Shown here piece after piece: positions 1-10,158 of a DNA stretch of 46,701 bases; positions within the stretch are counted from its first letter, which is position 1; each line of letters starts with the position of its first letter. Below the pieces are notes generated by a model. That model saw nothing but the letters and a program-made list of their open reading frames with translations. It did no database searches and was not told where the DNA came from. The stretch lies in the sequence record CP025712.1; one strand, given 5' to 3'. The DNA is from Escherichia phage YDC107_1. Made by a program: the position numbers and the translations under genes.

Positions 1-1804
1 CCCGTTATCCACGATGGCTCTTTCTCCGGCACATGCTGCACGGCAGTGATGGCATACGTGCCGTCGTCGTTCTCACGGATACTCACGCAGCGGAACAGGC
101 GCTGGCGCAGCGTCGGCAGCTTAAGCCCCCACACGCTGTATTCAGCAACACCGTCAGGAACCCGGCTCACTTTTACCTTCACGCCGTCGGTGACGGACTG
201 AACCTCCACGCTGACCGGACTCCCCTGCCCGTCAACCAGGCTTATCAGCGTGGTGCCGGAGGCTGGCAGCGTGATTTCACGGTCGAGCGTCAGTGTCCGC
301 GTCTGGCTGTTCACCGCCAGCACGCGCCCGCCGGTGCTGATGCCCGCATAGTCATCATCGCAGATTTCAATGACATCGCCCGGTACATGGCGAAGCCTTC
401 TGCGCCCACGCTGAAGTCCACGGTCTGCGTTTCCAGCAGTTCCGTTTTAATCAGCCACAGCCCGGCTCGGTGTGCCTGCCCCCGACTGGTACAACCAAAG
501 GCATCCATCTTCGTGACGTTACGACCGTAACGGGCAATGGCCTGCGTGTCCTCCACAAGCTCTGTCGCCGTCTCCCAGCCGTTATCCGGGTCAATCCAGT
601 TCACCTCAACGGCATTATGGCGGTCCTTCAGGGCGCTGAAGCTGTAGCGGAACGGCGCGCCATCATCCGGCATCACCACATTACTGCGGTTATAGGTCCA
701 CACCTTATCCGACGGTCGGTCCTGCACGAACGTCAGCGTCTGCCCGTTCCATACCGGCATACAGCGCATCGCCGAGCAGAAATCACTGAGCACATCCCAC
801 GCCTTGCGCTGTGTGGTCAGGTACGCATTACAGGTGATGCGCGGCTCCGTGCCGCCAAAGCCGTCCGGCACTGACTGGTCGCAGTACTGGCCGATGACAT
901 ACAGCGCCCATTTATCCACATCCGCCGCACCAAGACGTTTCCCCATGCCGTAGCGCGGATGGGTCAGCATATCCCACAGACACCAGGCCATGTTGTTGCT
1001 GTATGCCGGTTTAAACGTTCCGTCCCAGATACCGCTGTATTGCCGCGTCTGCGGGTTATAGTTCGACGGCACCTGCAGAATGCGCCCGCGCAGATGATAA
1101 TTACGGCTCACCTGCTGGCTGCCGAACTGCTCCGAATCCACCTGCACGCCGACCAGTGCCGTGTTCGGGTAGCCCTGTTTCACATCGATGATTTCGGTGT
1201 ATGACGACCAGAGCGTTTTGTTCTGCAGCTGGTCTGTGGTGCTGTCCGGCGTCATCCTGCGCATCCGGATATTGAACGGGCGCGGCGGCAGGTTACCCAC
1301 CACCACCGAGGCCAGATACTGCGAGGTGGTTTTGCCCTTAATGGTGATGTCTTTTTCCGTCACCCAGCCACCGTTACGTTGTATCTGAACCAGCAGGCGG
1401 ACTTCCGACGGATTCCGGTCACCCTTTGAGGTGGTTTCCACCAGTGCCTGCACACCGAAGGTAAAGCGCAGTCGGTCAATGTTTGCCGACGTGATGGTCC
1501 GGGTGATCGGCGTGTCGTATTTCACTTCCGTACCCAGCACCGTCTCGGAGCCGGAGGATTCAAATCCCTCCGGCGGTGACTGCTCCTGCTCACCGGCCCG
1601 GAACACCACCGTGACGCCGGATATATTGGTATTCCCCTCACTGTCCAGCACCGGCGTACTGTTCAGCAGCACGCTTTTTAATCCATCCACCGGACCTTCA
1701 ACCGGCCCTTCGCTGATGGCATCGATCACACTCAGCAGCTGCGTGGACTTCAGGTTATCTTTCGCTTCGCGCGGGGTATGCCCCTTACTGCCGCCTTTAC
1801 CCAT
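1..1804 (-). CDS. J: Tail tip host-specificity protein J, N-terminal part; gene runs off the window start; apparent frameshift near 397
   Basis: ORF 311..1804 starts MGKGGSKGHTPREAKDNLKSTQLL and follows lambda J as I recall it. Near 397 the frame breaks (CC where lambda has CCC); the remaining J sequence (…VAEYSVWGLKLPTLRQRLFRCVSIRENDDGTYAITAVQHVPEKEAIVDNG) continues in another frame to position 1. Confidence 0.85.
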
Positions 1805-1864
1805 TCGTCATGCTCCATAAACGATAAAACCGCCCGGAGGCGGTTTCACATAAAACATTTTGCA

Positions 1865-2536
1865 TCAGCGACCAATCACCACAACCTGACCACCGTCCCC
1901 TTCGTCTGCCGTGCTGATCTCCTGAGAAACCACGCGTGACCCCACGCGCATTTCACCGTACAGAACCGGCAGAACATTGCCCTGGGCAACCATGTTATCC
2001 AGTGAGGAGAAATAGGTGTTCTGTTTGCCGTTATCCGTTGTCTGTGTACGGGGAGTTCTGGCTTTCGGTGCCAGCATCTGCGCCACACCACCGAGCACCA
2101 TACTGGCACCGAGAGAAAACAGGATGCCGGTCATACCACCGGCCCCAATGGCTGCCCCCCATGCTGCAAGGGTGGCTCCGGCGGTAAAGAATGATCCGGC
2201 AATGGCGGCAGCCCCCAGGACAATCTGGAATACGCCACCTGACTTGGCCCCGGCGACTCTGGGAACAATATGAATCACAGCGCCATCAGGCAGAGTCTCA
2301 TGTAACTGCGCCGTTAACCCGGACGTGCTGACGTCCCGCCCGGCAATCCGTACCTGATACCAGCCGTCGCTCAGTTTCTGACGAAACACCGGGAGCTGTG
2401 TGGCCAGTGCGCGGATGGCTTCAGCCCCCGTTTTCACACGAAGGTCGATGCGGCGGCCAAATCGTTGCAAATCCCCGTAAAGGCAGATGCGCGCCATGCC
2501 CGGTGACGCCAGAGGGAGTGTGTGCGTCGCTGCCAT
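1865..2536 (-). CDS. I: Tail assembly protein I
   Basis: 223 aa, same length as lambda I; 60-bp gap to J and 103-bp overlap with K as in lambda. Confidence 0.9.
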   Translation of the reverse strand: MAATHTLPLASPGMARICLYGDLQRFGRRIDLRVKTGAEAIRALATQLPVFRQKLSDGWYQVRIAGRDVSTSGLTAQLHETLPDGAVIHIVPRVAGAKSGGVFQIVLGAAAIAGSFFTAGATLAAWGAAIGAGGMTGILFSLGASMVLGGVAQMLAPKARTPRTQTTDNGKQNTYFSSLDNMVAQGNVLPVLYGEMRVGSRVVSQEISTADEGDGGQVVVIGR

Positions 2537-3177
2537 TTGTCGGTATACCTCTCTCGTTTGCTCAGTTGTTCAGGAATATGGTGCAGCAGCTCGCCATCAC
2601 CACAGTAAATGGCGGCATGATTCGGCACCGATGAACCAAAACAGCACAGCAGCACATCGCCCGGTTGTGCTGATGACAACGGCACCTGATACAGCCCTGT
2701 GGCCTCCAGATTATCCAGATAGAGATTCTGACCGTGACGCCACCAGTCATCCTCGCGATGAAAATCCGGCATATCAATCCCCGCCAGATGGTAAGCATCC
2801 CGGAACAGCGTGTAACAGTCCGTCACTCCGTGCTCAAAGCGCCGCCCGGTGAGATACGGCACACAGCGGAATTTATGAATCTCCCCACGGCAGACCAGCC
2901 ACCACGGCAAATCACTCTGCACCTGCAGCCGCCGGTCGGCCTCACTCAGCCAGGGCAGACCACCGGGGTGGCTGTGGACCAGTGCCACAATCTCACCCTG
3001 CATTTCTGCCTGCAGCCAGTCCTCCGGCGACATACGGAAATACGCCTCCGGCTCACCGGAGATATTCACGCAGGGGAAATATCTTTCCCCCTCCGGCGTG
3101 CTTACCACGAAGCCGCACGACTCCGCTGGCGCACATCGCCGGGCGTGCGCCAGAATCGCTGATTCTGTCTGTGTCAT
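2434..3177 (-). CDS. K: Tail assembly protein K (JAB/MPN plus NlpC/P60 domains)
   Basis: HSHPGGLPWLSEAD metal-binding motif and a C-terminal cysteine peptidase-like region. The longest ORF starts at 3177; the lambda-annotated 199-aa form would start at the internal Met near 3033. Confidence 0.85.
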   Translation of the reverse strand: MTQTESAILAHARRCAPAESCGFVVSTPEGERYFPCVNISGEPEAYFRMSPEDWLQAEMQGEIVALVHSHPGGLPWLSEADRRLQVQSDLPWWLVCRGEIHKFRCVPYLTGRRFEHGVTDCYTLFRDAYHLAGIDMPDFHREDDWWRHGQNLYLDNLEATGLYQVPLSSAQPGDVLLCCFGSSVPNHAAIYCGDGELLHHIPEQLSKRERYTDKWQRRTHSLWRHRAWRASAFTGICNDLAAASTFV

Positions 3178-3182
3178 GGGAT

Positions 3183-3881
3183 TTACTGCGAAAGTTTGTT
3201 AATGGAAAGGAAGCCGCCAAAGTTGCCGACGTTATTGCGGAACTTACAACCGCTCAGGCATTTGCTGCATTTATCCTTCGTGATATCGGACGTTGGCTGG
3301 TCATATTCATCCGCGACTGCCGGACCGTGATAACCGCACTCATCACCGCGATAGGTCCAGGTGCAGGTGTTGGCCAGCATGATACGTCCCGGAAAAACGG
3401 CACCGTCCGTTTCCGTCGGCGTGGACAGTACAAAAGAGGCACTCACCGCGCTCAGTTCGCTGCACTGCTCAATGCGCCAGCGGCTGATCACCTCCTGCTC
3501 CGGATCGGCGCCACTGTTTCCGTTGACGAAGTTCACCGCATCCAGAAAACGGGCGTAAACCTTACGCCGGACCACCGTTCCACCGACCAGACTCTGCAGA
3601 TCTTCCGCCATCCCGGTGACCATACCGTACAGGTTAGAAACCGTCAGTGTGGGGCGCGTACTGGTGCCTTTGCCATTCAGTTCAAAACCACTCCCCTGAA
3701 TGGGATACGGCTGATACTGTCGCCCCTGCCAGGTGACCGGCTCACCTTTTTCGTTCTGCTCATTACAGAAAAAATAACGTTCTCCACCGACCTCTGTCAG
3801 GTCGATTTCCCAGAGCACCACGCTGGCCGACTGCTCCGCACGGGTGCATTCATTCAGTGTTTCCTGCCGGATATCCTGCAT
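3183..3881 (-). CDS. L: Tail tip protein L
   Basis: 232 aa, collinear with lambda L; stop overlaps M. Confidence 0.9.
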   Translation of the reverse strand: MQDIRQETLNECTRAEQSASVVLWEIDLTEVGGERYFFCNEQNEKGEPVTWQGRQYQPYPIQGSGFELNGKGTSTRPTLTVSNLYGMVTGMAEDLQSLVGGTVVRRKVYARFLDAVNFVNGNSGADPEQEVISRWRIEQCSELSAVSASFVLSTPTETDGAVFPGRIMLANTCTWTYRGDECGYHGPAVADEYDQPTSDITKDKCSKCLSGCKFRNNVGNFGGFLSINKLSQ

Positions 3882-4210
3882 CAGTTCACCACCTGTTCAA
3901 ACTCTGCGCTGAACTCAACACGCAGCATACTGACCCGCGACGACCATTTTGCGCAGGTCACCTTTATCTGCCGCCACTCATAAGGCGGCGTCCACAGAAA
4001 GGCTTTCCAGCCCCCGTGCTCAGCCAGAAACGACTCCAGCGCCGTGGCCTCCCAACGGGGAACAGAAAGCGTCACGCTGTACGTTTTCAGGTCGGCATTC
4101 AGCCCGGCAGGCGCTCGCTGGGAATAGCCATCACCAAAGCGCACCTTTCTTACAGAAGGGGCCGAAGCCACATCCATACCGGGTTTCACTTTCCAGCGGA
4201 AGGTTTTCAT
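3881..4210 (-). CDS. M: Tail tip assembly protein M
   Basis: 109 aa, MKTFRWKVKPGMDV…, lambda M position between H and L. Confidence 0.9.
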   Translation of the reverse strand: MKTFRWKVKPGMDVASAPSVRKVRFGDGYSQRAPAGLNADLKTYSVTLSVPRWEATALESFLAEHGGWKAFLWTPPYEWRQIKVTCAKWSSRVSMLRVEFSAEFEQVVN

Positions 4211-6786
4211 CGTCCACCTCCGGAGAACAGGCCACCATCACGCATCTGTGTCTGAATTTCATCACGGGCACCCTTGCGGGCCATGTCATACACTGCCTTC
4301 ATCATCTGTGGACCTGGCAGACCATTCGTACCGTCGTTCTGAATCACCACGTTGTTGTTCTGCTCAAACCTGATACCCTCTGAACGCCGCATTTGCGCCG
4401 GACTTCCGGTGCCACCGACATAACCGCCGGTGGCATAGCCGCGCATCAGCCGGTAGAGATTTCCCACGCCAATCCGGCTGGTTGCCTCCTTCGTGAAGAC
4501 AAATTCACCACGGTGAACAATCCCCGCTGGCTCATATTTGCCGCCGGTTCCCGTAAATCCTCCGGTTGCAAAATGGAATTTCGCCGCAGCGGCCTGAATG
4601 GCTGTACCGCCTGACGCGGATGCGCCGCCACCAACAGCCCCGCCAATGGCGCTGCCGATACTCCCGACAATCCCCACCATTGCCTGCTTAAGCAGAATTT
4701 CTGTCATCATGGACAGCACGGAGCGGGTGAAGCTGCGCCAGTTCTGCTCACTGCCGGTCAGCATCGCCGCCATATTCTGTGCAATACCATCAAAGGTCTG
4801 CGTGGCTGCACTTTTTACCTGCGACATACTGTCCGTGGCGCTCTCTTCCCACTCACTCCAGCCGGACTTCAGGCCTGCCATCCAGCTCCCGCGAAGCTGG
4901 TCTTCAGCCGCCCAGGTCTTTTTCTGCTCTGACATGACGTTATTCAGCGCCAGCGGATTATCGCCATACTGTTCCTTCAGGCGCTGTTCCGTGGCTTCCC
5001 GTTCTGCCTGCCGGTCAGTCAGCCCCCGGCTTTTCGCATCAATGGCGGCCCGTTTTGCCCGTTGCTGCTGTGCGAATTTATCCGCCTGCTGCGCCAGCGC
5101 GTTCAGGCGCTCCTGATACGTAACCTTGTCGCCAAGTGCAGCCAGCTGGCGTTTGTACTCCATCGTCTCATCTTTATGCGCCAGCAGGGATTTCTCCTGT
5201 GCGGACAGCTGGCGACGTTGTGCCGCCTCCTCCAGTACCGCGAACTGACTTTCTGCCTTCCACAAATCCCGGCGCTGCTGGCTGATTTTCTCATTTGCTC
5301 CGGCATGCTTCTCCAGCGTCCGGAGTTCAGCCTGAAGCGTCAGCAGGGCAGCATGAGCACTGTCTTCCTGACGATCGCCCGCAGACACCTTCACGCCGGA
5401 CTGTTTCGGCTTTTTCAGCGTCGCTTCATAATCCTTTTTCGCCGCCGCCATCAGCGTGTTGTAATCCGCCTGCAGGATTTTCCCGTCTTTCAGTGCCTTA
5501 TTCAGTTCTTCCTGACGGGCGGTATATTTCTCCAGCGGCGTCTGCAGGCGTTCGTAAGCCTTCTGCGCCTCTTCGGTATATTTCAGCCGTGATGCCTCAG
5601 ACTCGACCCAGTCCTTTGCTGCCATCTCTCTGGCCTTTTCAAGATCGGCCTGCAACGTGGCGGCTGAAAGCCCAAGTTGCGCATTCGCTCTGTCCTCCCA
5701 TGCTCCCCGGAGATTGGCAAGAAATGCTGAGGTTTTACCGCGCCGGTGGCTCCGGCTCTGATACCACTGCCATTTTTTGTCCGCCTCATCAAAAGCCTTT
5801 TCTGCTTTCTCCAGCATTCCCTGGGCAGTGTCCGGGCGACCAATATCCAGCACCGAATCCCACATGGATTTGAATGCCCGTGCTGTCCTGTCTGCCCAGG
5901 TCTCCAGCGTGCCCATGTTCTCTTTCAGGCGGCGGGTCTGGTCATCAAACCCTTTCGTTGCGGCCTCGTTCGCCGCCTGCAATGCCCCGGCTTCATCTCC
6001 GGAACGCTGCAACTGAGCAACATACGCAATCTGCTCCGCCGTCACGTTATGGAACTGACGTGCCATCGCTGTCAGTCCCGACGTCGGGTCTGTGGTCAGC
6101 TTCCCGAAGGCTTCAGCGACCTTGTCCACCTCCACGCCGGATGCAGAGGAGAAACGCGCCACACTCTGGCTGATCGCCTCAAACTGCTCACCACCACGCA
6201 CACCTGCATTCACCAGCGCCGTCAGTGACTCGCTGGTCTGGTTAAACGTCAGCCCTGCCGCCTGCCCGGCTCTGGACAGGACCAGCATACGATCTGCCGT
6301 CAGTCCCGCCTGATTGCCGGAAAGGACCAGCGTTTTGTTGAAATCGGACAGGGTTGAGTCCCCCTGATACCAGGCATACGCCAGCGCACCGGTCGCCACC
6401 GCCAGCGAGGTGGCCCCGACCATCGGCAGGGTGATCGCACCGGCAAGCCCCCTGAACATGGGGATCATCCCGCCGAAGGAGTCCTTAACCTGACCACCCT
6501 GTTGCAGCAGGATCAGCCACGGACTTTGCCCGCCTGCAAGCTGCGTGGCCACGTCGGTGAACTGTGCAGGCAGCATACGCATGGCAGCTTTATACTGCCC
6601 GACGGAAATCCCCGCTTTCTGTGCAGCCAGTGCCTGTCGGCTCAGCGACTGTTCAACGACTGCCGCTGTTTTTTTCGCATCACTTTCCGTACCGGAAAAA
6701 TGACGCCTGACTCTGGCCATCTGCTCGTCAAATCTGGCCGCATCCAGACTCAAATCAACGACCAGATCGCCTACCGGTTCAGCCAT
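4207..6786 (-). CDS. H: Tail tape measure protein H
   Basis: 859 aa, lambda H-like along its length, Ala/Gln-rich coiled-coil middle, Gly-rich C-terminus. Confidence 0.92.
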   Translation of the reverse strand: MAEPVGDLVVDLSLDAARFDEQMARVRRHFSGTESDAKKTAAVVEQSLSRQALAAQKAGISVGQYKAAMRMLPAQFTDVATQLAGGQSPWLILLQQGGQVKDSFGGMIPMFRGLAGAITLPMVGATSLAVATGALAYAWYQGDSTLSDFNKTLVLSGNQAGLTADRMLVLSRAGQAAGLTFNQTSESLTALVNAGVRGGEQFEAISQSVARFSSASGVEVDKVAEAFGKLTTDPTSGLTAMARQFHNVTAEQIAYVAQLQRSGDEAGALQAANEAATKGFDDQTRRLKENMGTLETWADRTARAFKSMWDSVLDIGRPDTAQGMLEKAEKAFDEADKKWQWYQSRSHRRGKTSAFLANLRGAWEDRANAQLGLSAATLQADLEKAREMAAKDWVESEASRLKYTEEAQKAYERLQTPLEKYTARQEELNKALKDGKILQADYNTLMAAAKKDYEATLKKPKQSGVKVSAGDRQEDSAHAALLTLQAELRTLEKHAGANEKISQQRRDLWKAESQFAVLEEAAQRRQLSAQEKSLLAHKDETMEYKRQLAALGDKVTYQERLNALAQQADKFAQQQRAKRAAIDAKSRGLTDRQAEREATEQRLKEQYGDNPLALNNVMSEQKKTWAAEDQLRGSWMAGLKSGWSEWEESATDSMSQVKSAATQTFDGIAQNMAAMLTGSEQNWRSFTRSVLSMMTEILLKQAMVGIVGSIGSAIGGAVGGGASASGGTAIQAAAAKFHFATGGFTGTGGKYEPAGIVHRGEFVFTKEATSRIGVGNLYRLMRGYATGGYVGGTGSPAQMRRSEGIRFEQNNNVVIQNDGTNGLPGPQMMKAVYDMARKGARDEIQTQMRDGGLFSGGGR

Positions 6787-7608
6787 ACCGGACTCCTCCT
6801 GCGATCCCTTCTGATACTGTCATCAGCATTACGTCATCCTCCGTCATGTCCGCCACATCCGGGGAAGCGGGGATAACTTCATTCCCGTCCGGGCCAAAAC
6901 GAACGCCTCCGGCAAGCCCTGCCGCTTTCTGCATCAGCACATCATCTTCAGGCTCTTCGTCAGCCTCGCGCCGGTTCAGCAGACTGAAATCCAGCGGATG
7001 CATCTCCGGATCGCTGAAAAACAGGCTGAGCACGGTGTACGTCAGCCCGGAAAAGTGCATATCCAGCAGAACATCATGAAAATAATGGGTACTGTAAAAG
7101 CGGTGCCAGTCGGCATACTCCGTGGATGACATCCCGGCAAGCATGGCGCGCCAGTCGGGTCGCCCCATCTCACGCGCCAGTTTCAGGGCAAAACTCAGCT
7201 CACCGTCGAACACTTTCCCGCAGAAACAGGCTCTGCAGGCCCGGCGTCCTCTGCCTGTTCAGGAGCATTATTCACCACAAACTCATACATACCGGACAGC
7301 CGGTACACCACGTTTTCAGCATGAGAAATTGCCTCTGTGGGCCAGGTGGTAAGCACTTCCTGCTCAATCTGTTTAACGGCTTCATTCATGGAAGGCAGCT
7401 TTGTCTTCTTCGGATGGTTATGCCACAGGGACATCGCCACCAGAAACGCGCCGGTTCTGATGGCGTCTTCCACAGTAAACTTCCGGTTGCTGTCGGATTC
7501 TGCCTGCTGTTTCATCAGAGCGAGATGCTCAATACGCTGCAGGGCTGACAGTTCAGAAAGCGTGACGGTCACGCCGTTATATTCAAATGATTCGGTTTTC
7601 AGGAACAT
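6779..7608 (-). CDS. GT: Tail assembly chaperone GT, made by programmed -1 frameshift from G into the T frame
   Basis: T-frame ORF 6779..7213 overlaps the G 3' end; slippery heptamer GGGAAAG on the minus strand at 7213-7219. Confidence 0.8.
7195..7608 (-). CDS. G: Tail assembly chaperone G
   Basis: 137 aa lambda G-like; ends just past the slippery site. Confidence 0.9.
   Translation of the reverse strand: MFLKTESFEYNGVTVTLSELSALQRIEHLALMKQQAESDSNRKFTVEDAIRTGAFLVAMSLWHNHPKKTKLPSMNEAVKQIEQEVLTTWPTEAISHAENVVYRLSGMYEFVVNNAPEQAEDAGPAEPVSAGKCSTVS
7213..7219 (-). promoter_or_regulatory. Slippery heptanucleotide G GGA AAG for the G/GT -1 ribosomal frameshift
   Basis: Plus-strand CTTTCCC at 7213-7219 is GGGAAAG on the coding strand, inside the last G codons. 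Confidence 0.7.
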
Positions 7609-7623
7609 CGCTGACTCTCCGGA

Positions 7624-8364
7624 TTAACTGGCGGTGACGGTGATTTCTGCAACCGCAGCAAACTCACCATTACCGGATACGACCGGAATGTTGACCTTGC
7701 CTGCAGCAACGCCGTTCACGGTGATGGTCATACCACTGACCGACACGGTGGCTTTTGTTTTATCCGAAGACACCGCACGGAAGCTCTTGTCGGTTACGCC
7801 TTCCGGCTGGAAGGCCACGGTCAGCGTGGTGCTCTGTCCTTTCACTACGGACGCACTGGCTGGCGTTACCGTCATGCCGGTTGCCGCCGTCACCGTACTG
7901 CGATCTTCAGCCATCGACGGGCGTCCCACATTGGTGACCTTCACCGTGCGGGTGATCACTTCCTTCGCCGTCACCGCTTTACCGATACTGCTGACCCAGC
8001 CACGGAACACATCGACCGTGCCGTTAGGAAAGCGGATTTTATAGGCACGGGTATCACCTTCATTAAACCACGCCAGCAGCGCCTGCTGCCCCTGCTCTCC
8101 GGGCATCCACGCCAGCGTGAAGCTGGTATCTCCGGCAGATTTCTGCCCCTGCCCGGTCGCAGTCCAGTCCGCATCTTCATCATCGAGATAGCTGTCGTCA
8201 TAGGACTCAGCGGTCAGTTCGCCGGGCGTCAGGTCTTTAACTTTTGCCAGACGCGACCAGTCAACGTCTGAAAGCGGGTTCGCATAAGGGTCACCGTTCC
8301 CCTTATAAACCCACAGTGTGGTCCCGGCACCTTTCACCGGCATTGTTGGATTTGGTACAGGCAT
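7624..8364 (-). CDS. V: Major tail tube protein V
   Basis: Lambda V-like from [16 protein letters not shown] (246 aa); the ORF-track start at 8394 is an upstream in-frame Met; C-terminal Ig-like domain. Confidence 0.9.
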   Translation of the reverse strand: MPVPNPTMPVKGAGTTLWVYKGNGDPYANPLSDVDWSRLAKVKDLTPGELTAESYDDSYLDDEDADWTATGQGQKSAGDTSFTLAWMPGEQGQQALLAWFNEGDTRAYKIRFPNGTVDVFRGWVSSIGKAVTAKEVITRTVKVTNVGRPSMAEDRSTVTAATGMTVTPASASVVKGQSTTLTVAFQPEGVTDKSFRAVSSDKTKATVSVSGMTITVNGVAAGKVNIPVVSGNGEFAAVAEITVTAS

Positions 8365-8371
8365 AGCGTCC

Positions 8372-8767
8372 TCACATTTCATAGGTAATGACATAAGTCA
8401 GATCGGCTGAACTCCACAGGCCCGCATCATCGTCGCGCCGGTAGTCATAGCCACTGGCCACCATACTGGTGATCAAATCTGACAGTGCCGGGATATCGCT
8501 CATCACCGGATAAATCCGGGACTCCATCCACGAATCCAGCTCTGAATCCGGCACCTGAGCAGGCAGGAAAACTTCAATATGCAGCTCCGCCTGCCAGGTA
8601 TCGCTGTCCAGCTCTTCGCCCGTGTATTCAGCGCCGGTGAGATAAACGGCAATTGCCGGAAAATCTTCCTCATCAAAAACAGCGGGGCGACCATCAAAAA
8701 GCGTCGCCCCGGTGTCATGCTTCTCCAGTGCATCCAGTACGGCTGCACGGAGTTCAGTATGTTTCAT
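8372..8767 (-). CDS. U: Tail terminator protein U
   Basis: 131 aa, lambda U-like, 7-bp gap to V. Confidence 0.9.
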   Translation of the reverse strand: MKHTELRAAVLDALEKHDTGATLFDGRPAVFDEEDFPAIAVYLTGAEYTGEELDSDTWQAELHIEVFLPAQVPDSELDSWMESRIYPVMSDIPALSDLITSMVASGYDYRRDDDAGLWSSADLTYVITYEM

Positions 8768-9342
8768 CGCTTTATTACCATTCTCAGTTGATGCTGCAGC
8801 GCATAGCCCAGCTCTTTCGGAAGACGCTCACGCCGTATCCGCTCAATATTCTGTTTAAACGCCGTGGTCAGCGGCACCGCCATCGGGATTTTCACCACAT
8901 CAATGGGGTAACGGTTTTTCCCGGCCACACGCTGCATGACATGCCACCGGCCATTTTTCAGTTGCTGAATAAACGCGCCGGGAATACGACGGTTACCCAC
9001 CACAAGCACGCTGCCGCCACCTTTCAGGGATGAACGCTGCCCTTTTTTACGACGCCTGCGGCGGGACAGGACAACCCGCGCATTACCCAGCTTGATTACG
9101 GGCAAATCCCCCCGGTTAACTTTGATTCTGGCCTGCGGATTTTTGACCGTGGCCCTTTTCAGCCTGGCCCTTTCCTTTACCAGTTTCCGGCGTACCTTTG
9201 TCTCACGGGCAACCTGTGACGCCGACTGCGATATCGCGGATGAAGCAACGCGGTTAATGGCCATTGCGGCGGCACCAGGCACCGCCGTTTTGCTGATACG
9301 GCTGAGGTTTTCAACGGCCTGCTCAAGACCTTTTATGGCCAT
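8764..9342 (-). CDS. Z: Tail completion protein Z
   Basis: 192 aa lambda Z-like; 4-bp overlap with U. Confidence 0.9.
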   Translation of the reverse strand: MAIKGLEQAVENLSRISKTAVPGAAAMAINRVASSAISQSASQVARETKVRRKLVKERARLKRATVKNPQARIKVNRGDLPVIKLGNARVVLSRRRRRKKGQRSSLKGGGSVLVVGNRRIPGAFIQQLKNGRWHVMQRVAGKNRYPIDVVKIPMAVPLTTAFKQNIERIRRERLPKELGYALQHQLRMVIKR

Positions 9343-9353
9343 ACATCCCCCTT

Positions 9354-9707
9354 TCAGCGACGACGGTTAACGGCAGGCGGCACACCACGCCCAAGCCAGA
9401 GATGACAACTTCCGCCATCATCCGGCGAAATCCGGTCTATCCAGAAGTTTTCCTCACCGATGGTCAGCGTGTCGCCGCGCCGCAGCTGCCGCACATCATC
9501 AGTCCGGACAAACAGGGACGGGCTGGAGCCTTCAACGCGCACGCCCTGTCCGGCATAGCTGATATTTTCAGGGTCATCAAAAACACCACGTATCACCGCA
9601 CCGGACTGCTCACCGGATGTCATGGTGGCTGACGTTCCCATGTACCCGCGTATTGTTTCATCGGCGCGGGCAATGGCAGCATCGAACAGGTTATCGAAAT
9701 CAGCCAC
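9354..9707 (-). CDS. FII: Head-tail joining protein FII
   Basis: 117 aa lambda FII-like. Confidence 0.9.
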   Translation of the reverse strand: MADFDNLFDAAIARADETIRGYMGTSATMTSGEQSGAVIRGVFDDPENISYAGQGVRVEGSSPSLFVRTDDVRQLRRGDTLTIGEENFWIDRISPDDGGSCHLWLGRGVPPAVNRRR

Positions 9708-9718
9708 AGCGCCTCCCG

Positions 9719-10117
9719 TTATTGCATTCTGGCCAGGCCACGTTCTGTCATTTCGGCTGCCACACCGGCAGAGACACGGAACGCCGTTCCCGGCAGCACA
9801 AATGCCACAGGTTCATCCCGCGTGGCGTGAAGTGCATCGGTATGCAGCGTCACCAGTGCCACTACCGTGACCAGTTCAGCCGTATCATGAATCACGGTAT
9901 CCGGCTGCGCTGATACCACCTCATTTTCATGCCCGGTCAGCACATTTTCCGGGCTGAGAGATGTGTCCTGACCGGCAGCGTCATCCGTGTCATCAAGCTC
10001 CTCTTCCAGCTCTGCCACACGGAGTGCCAGTTCTTCTTTCGTCCCCGTCAGGCTGACATCACGGTTCAGTTGCTCACCCAGCACCTGAAGACGGGCAATC
10101 AGTTCATCTTTCGTCAT
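9719..10117 (-). CDS. FI: DNA packaging protein FI
   Basis: Lambda FI-like from MTKDELIARLQ (132 aa); ORF-track start at 10156 is an upstream in-frame codon. Confidence 0.85.
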   Translation of the reverse strand: MTKDELIARLQVLGEQLNRDVSLTGTKEELALRVAELEEELDDTDDAAGQDTSLSPENVLTGHENEVVSAQPDTVIHDTAELVTVVALVTLHTDALHATRDEPVAFVLPGTAFRVSAGVAAEMTERGLARMQ

Positions 10118-10158
10118 GGACTCCTCCACAGAGAGAAAATGGCCCCGAAGGGCCATGA

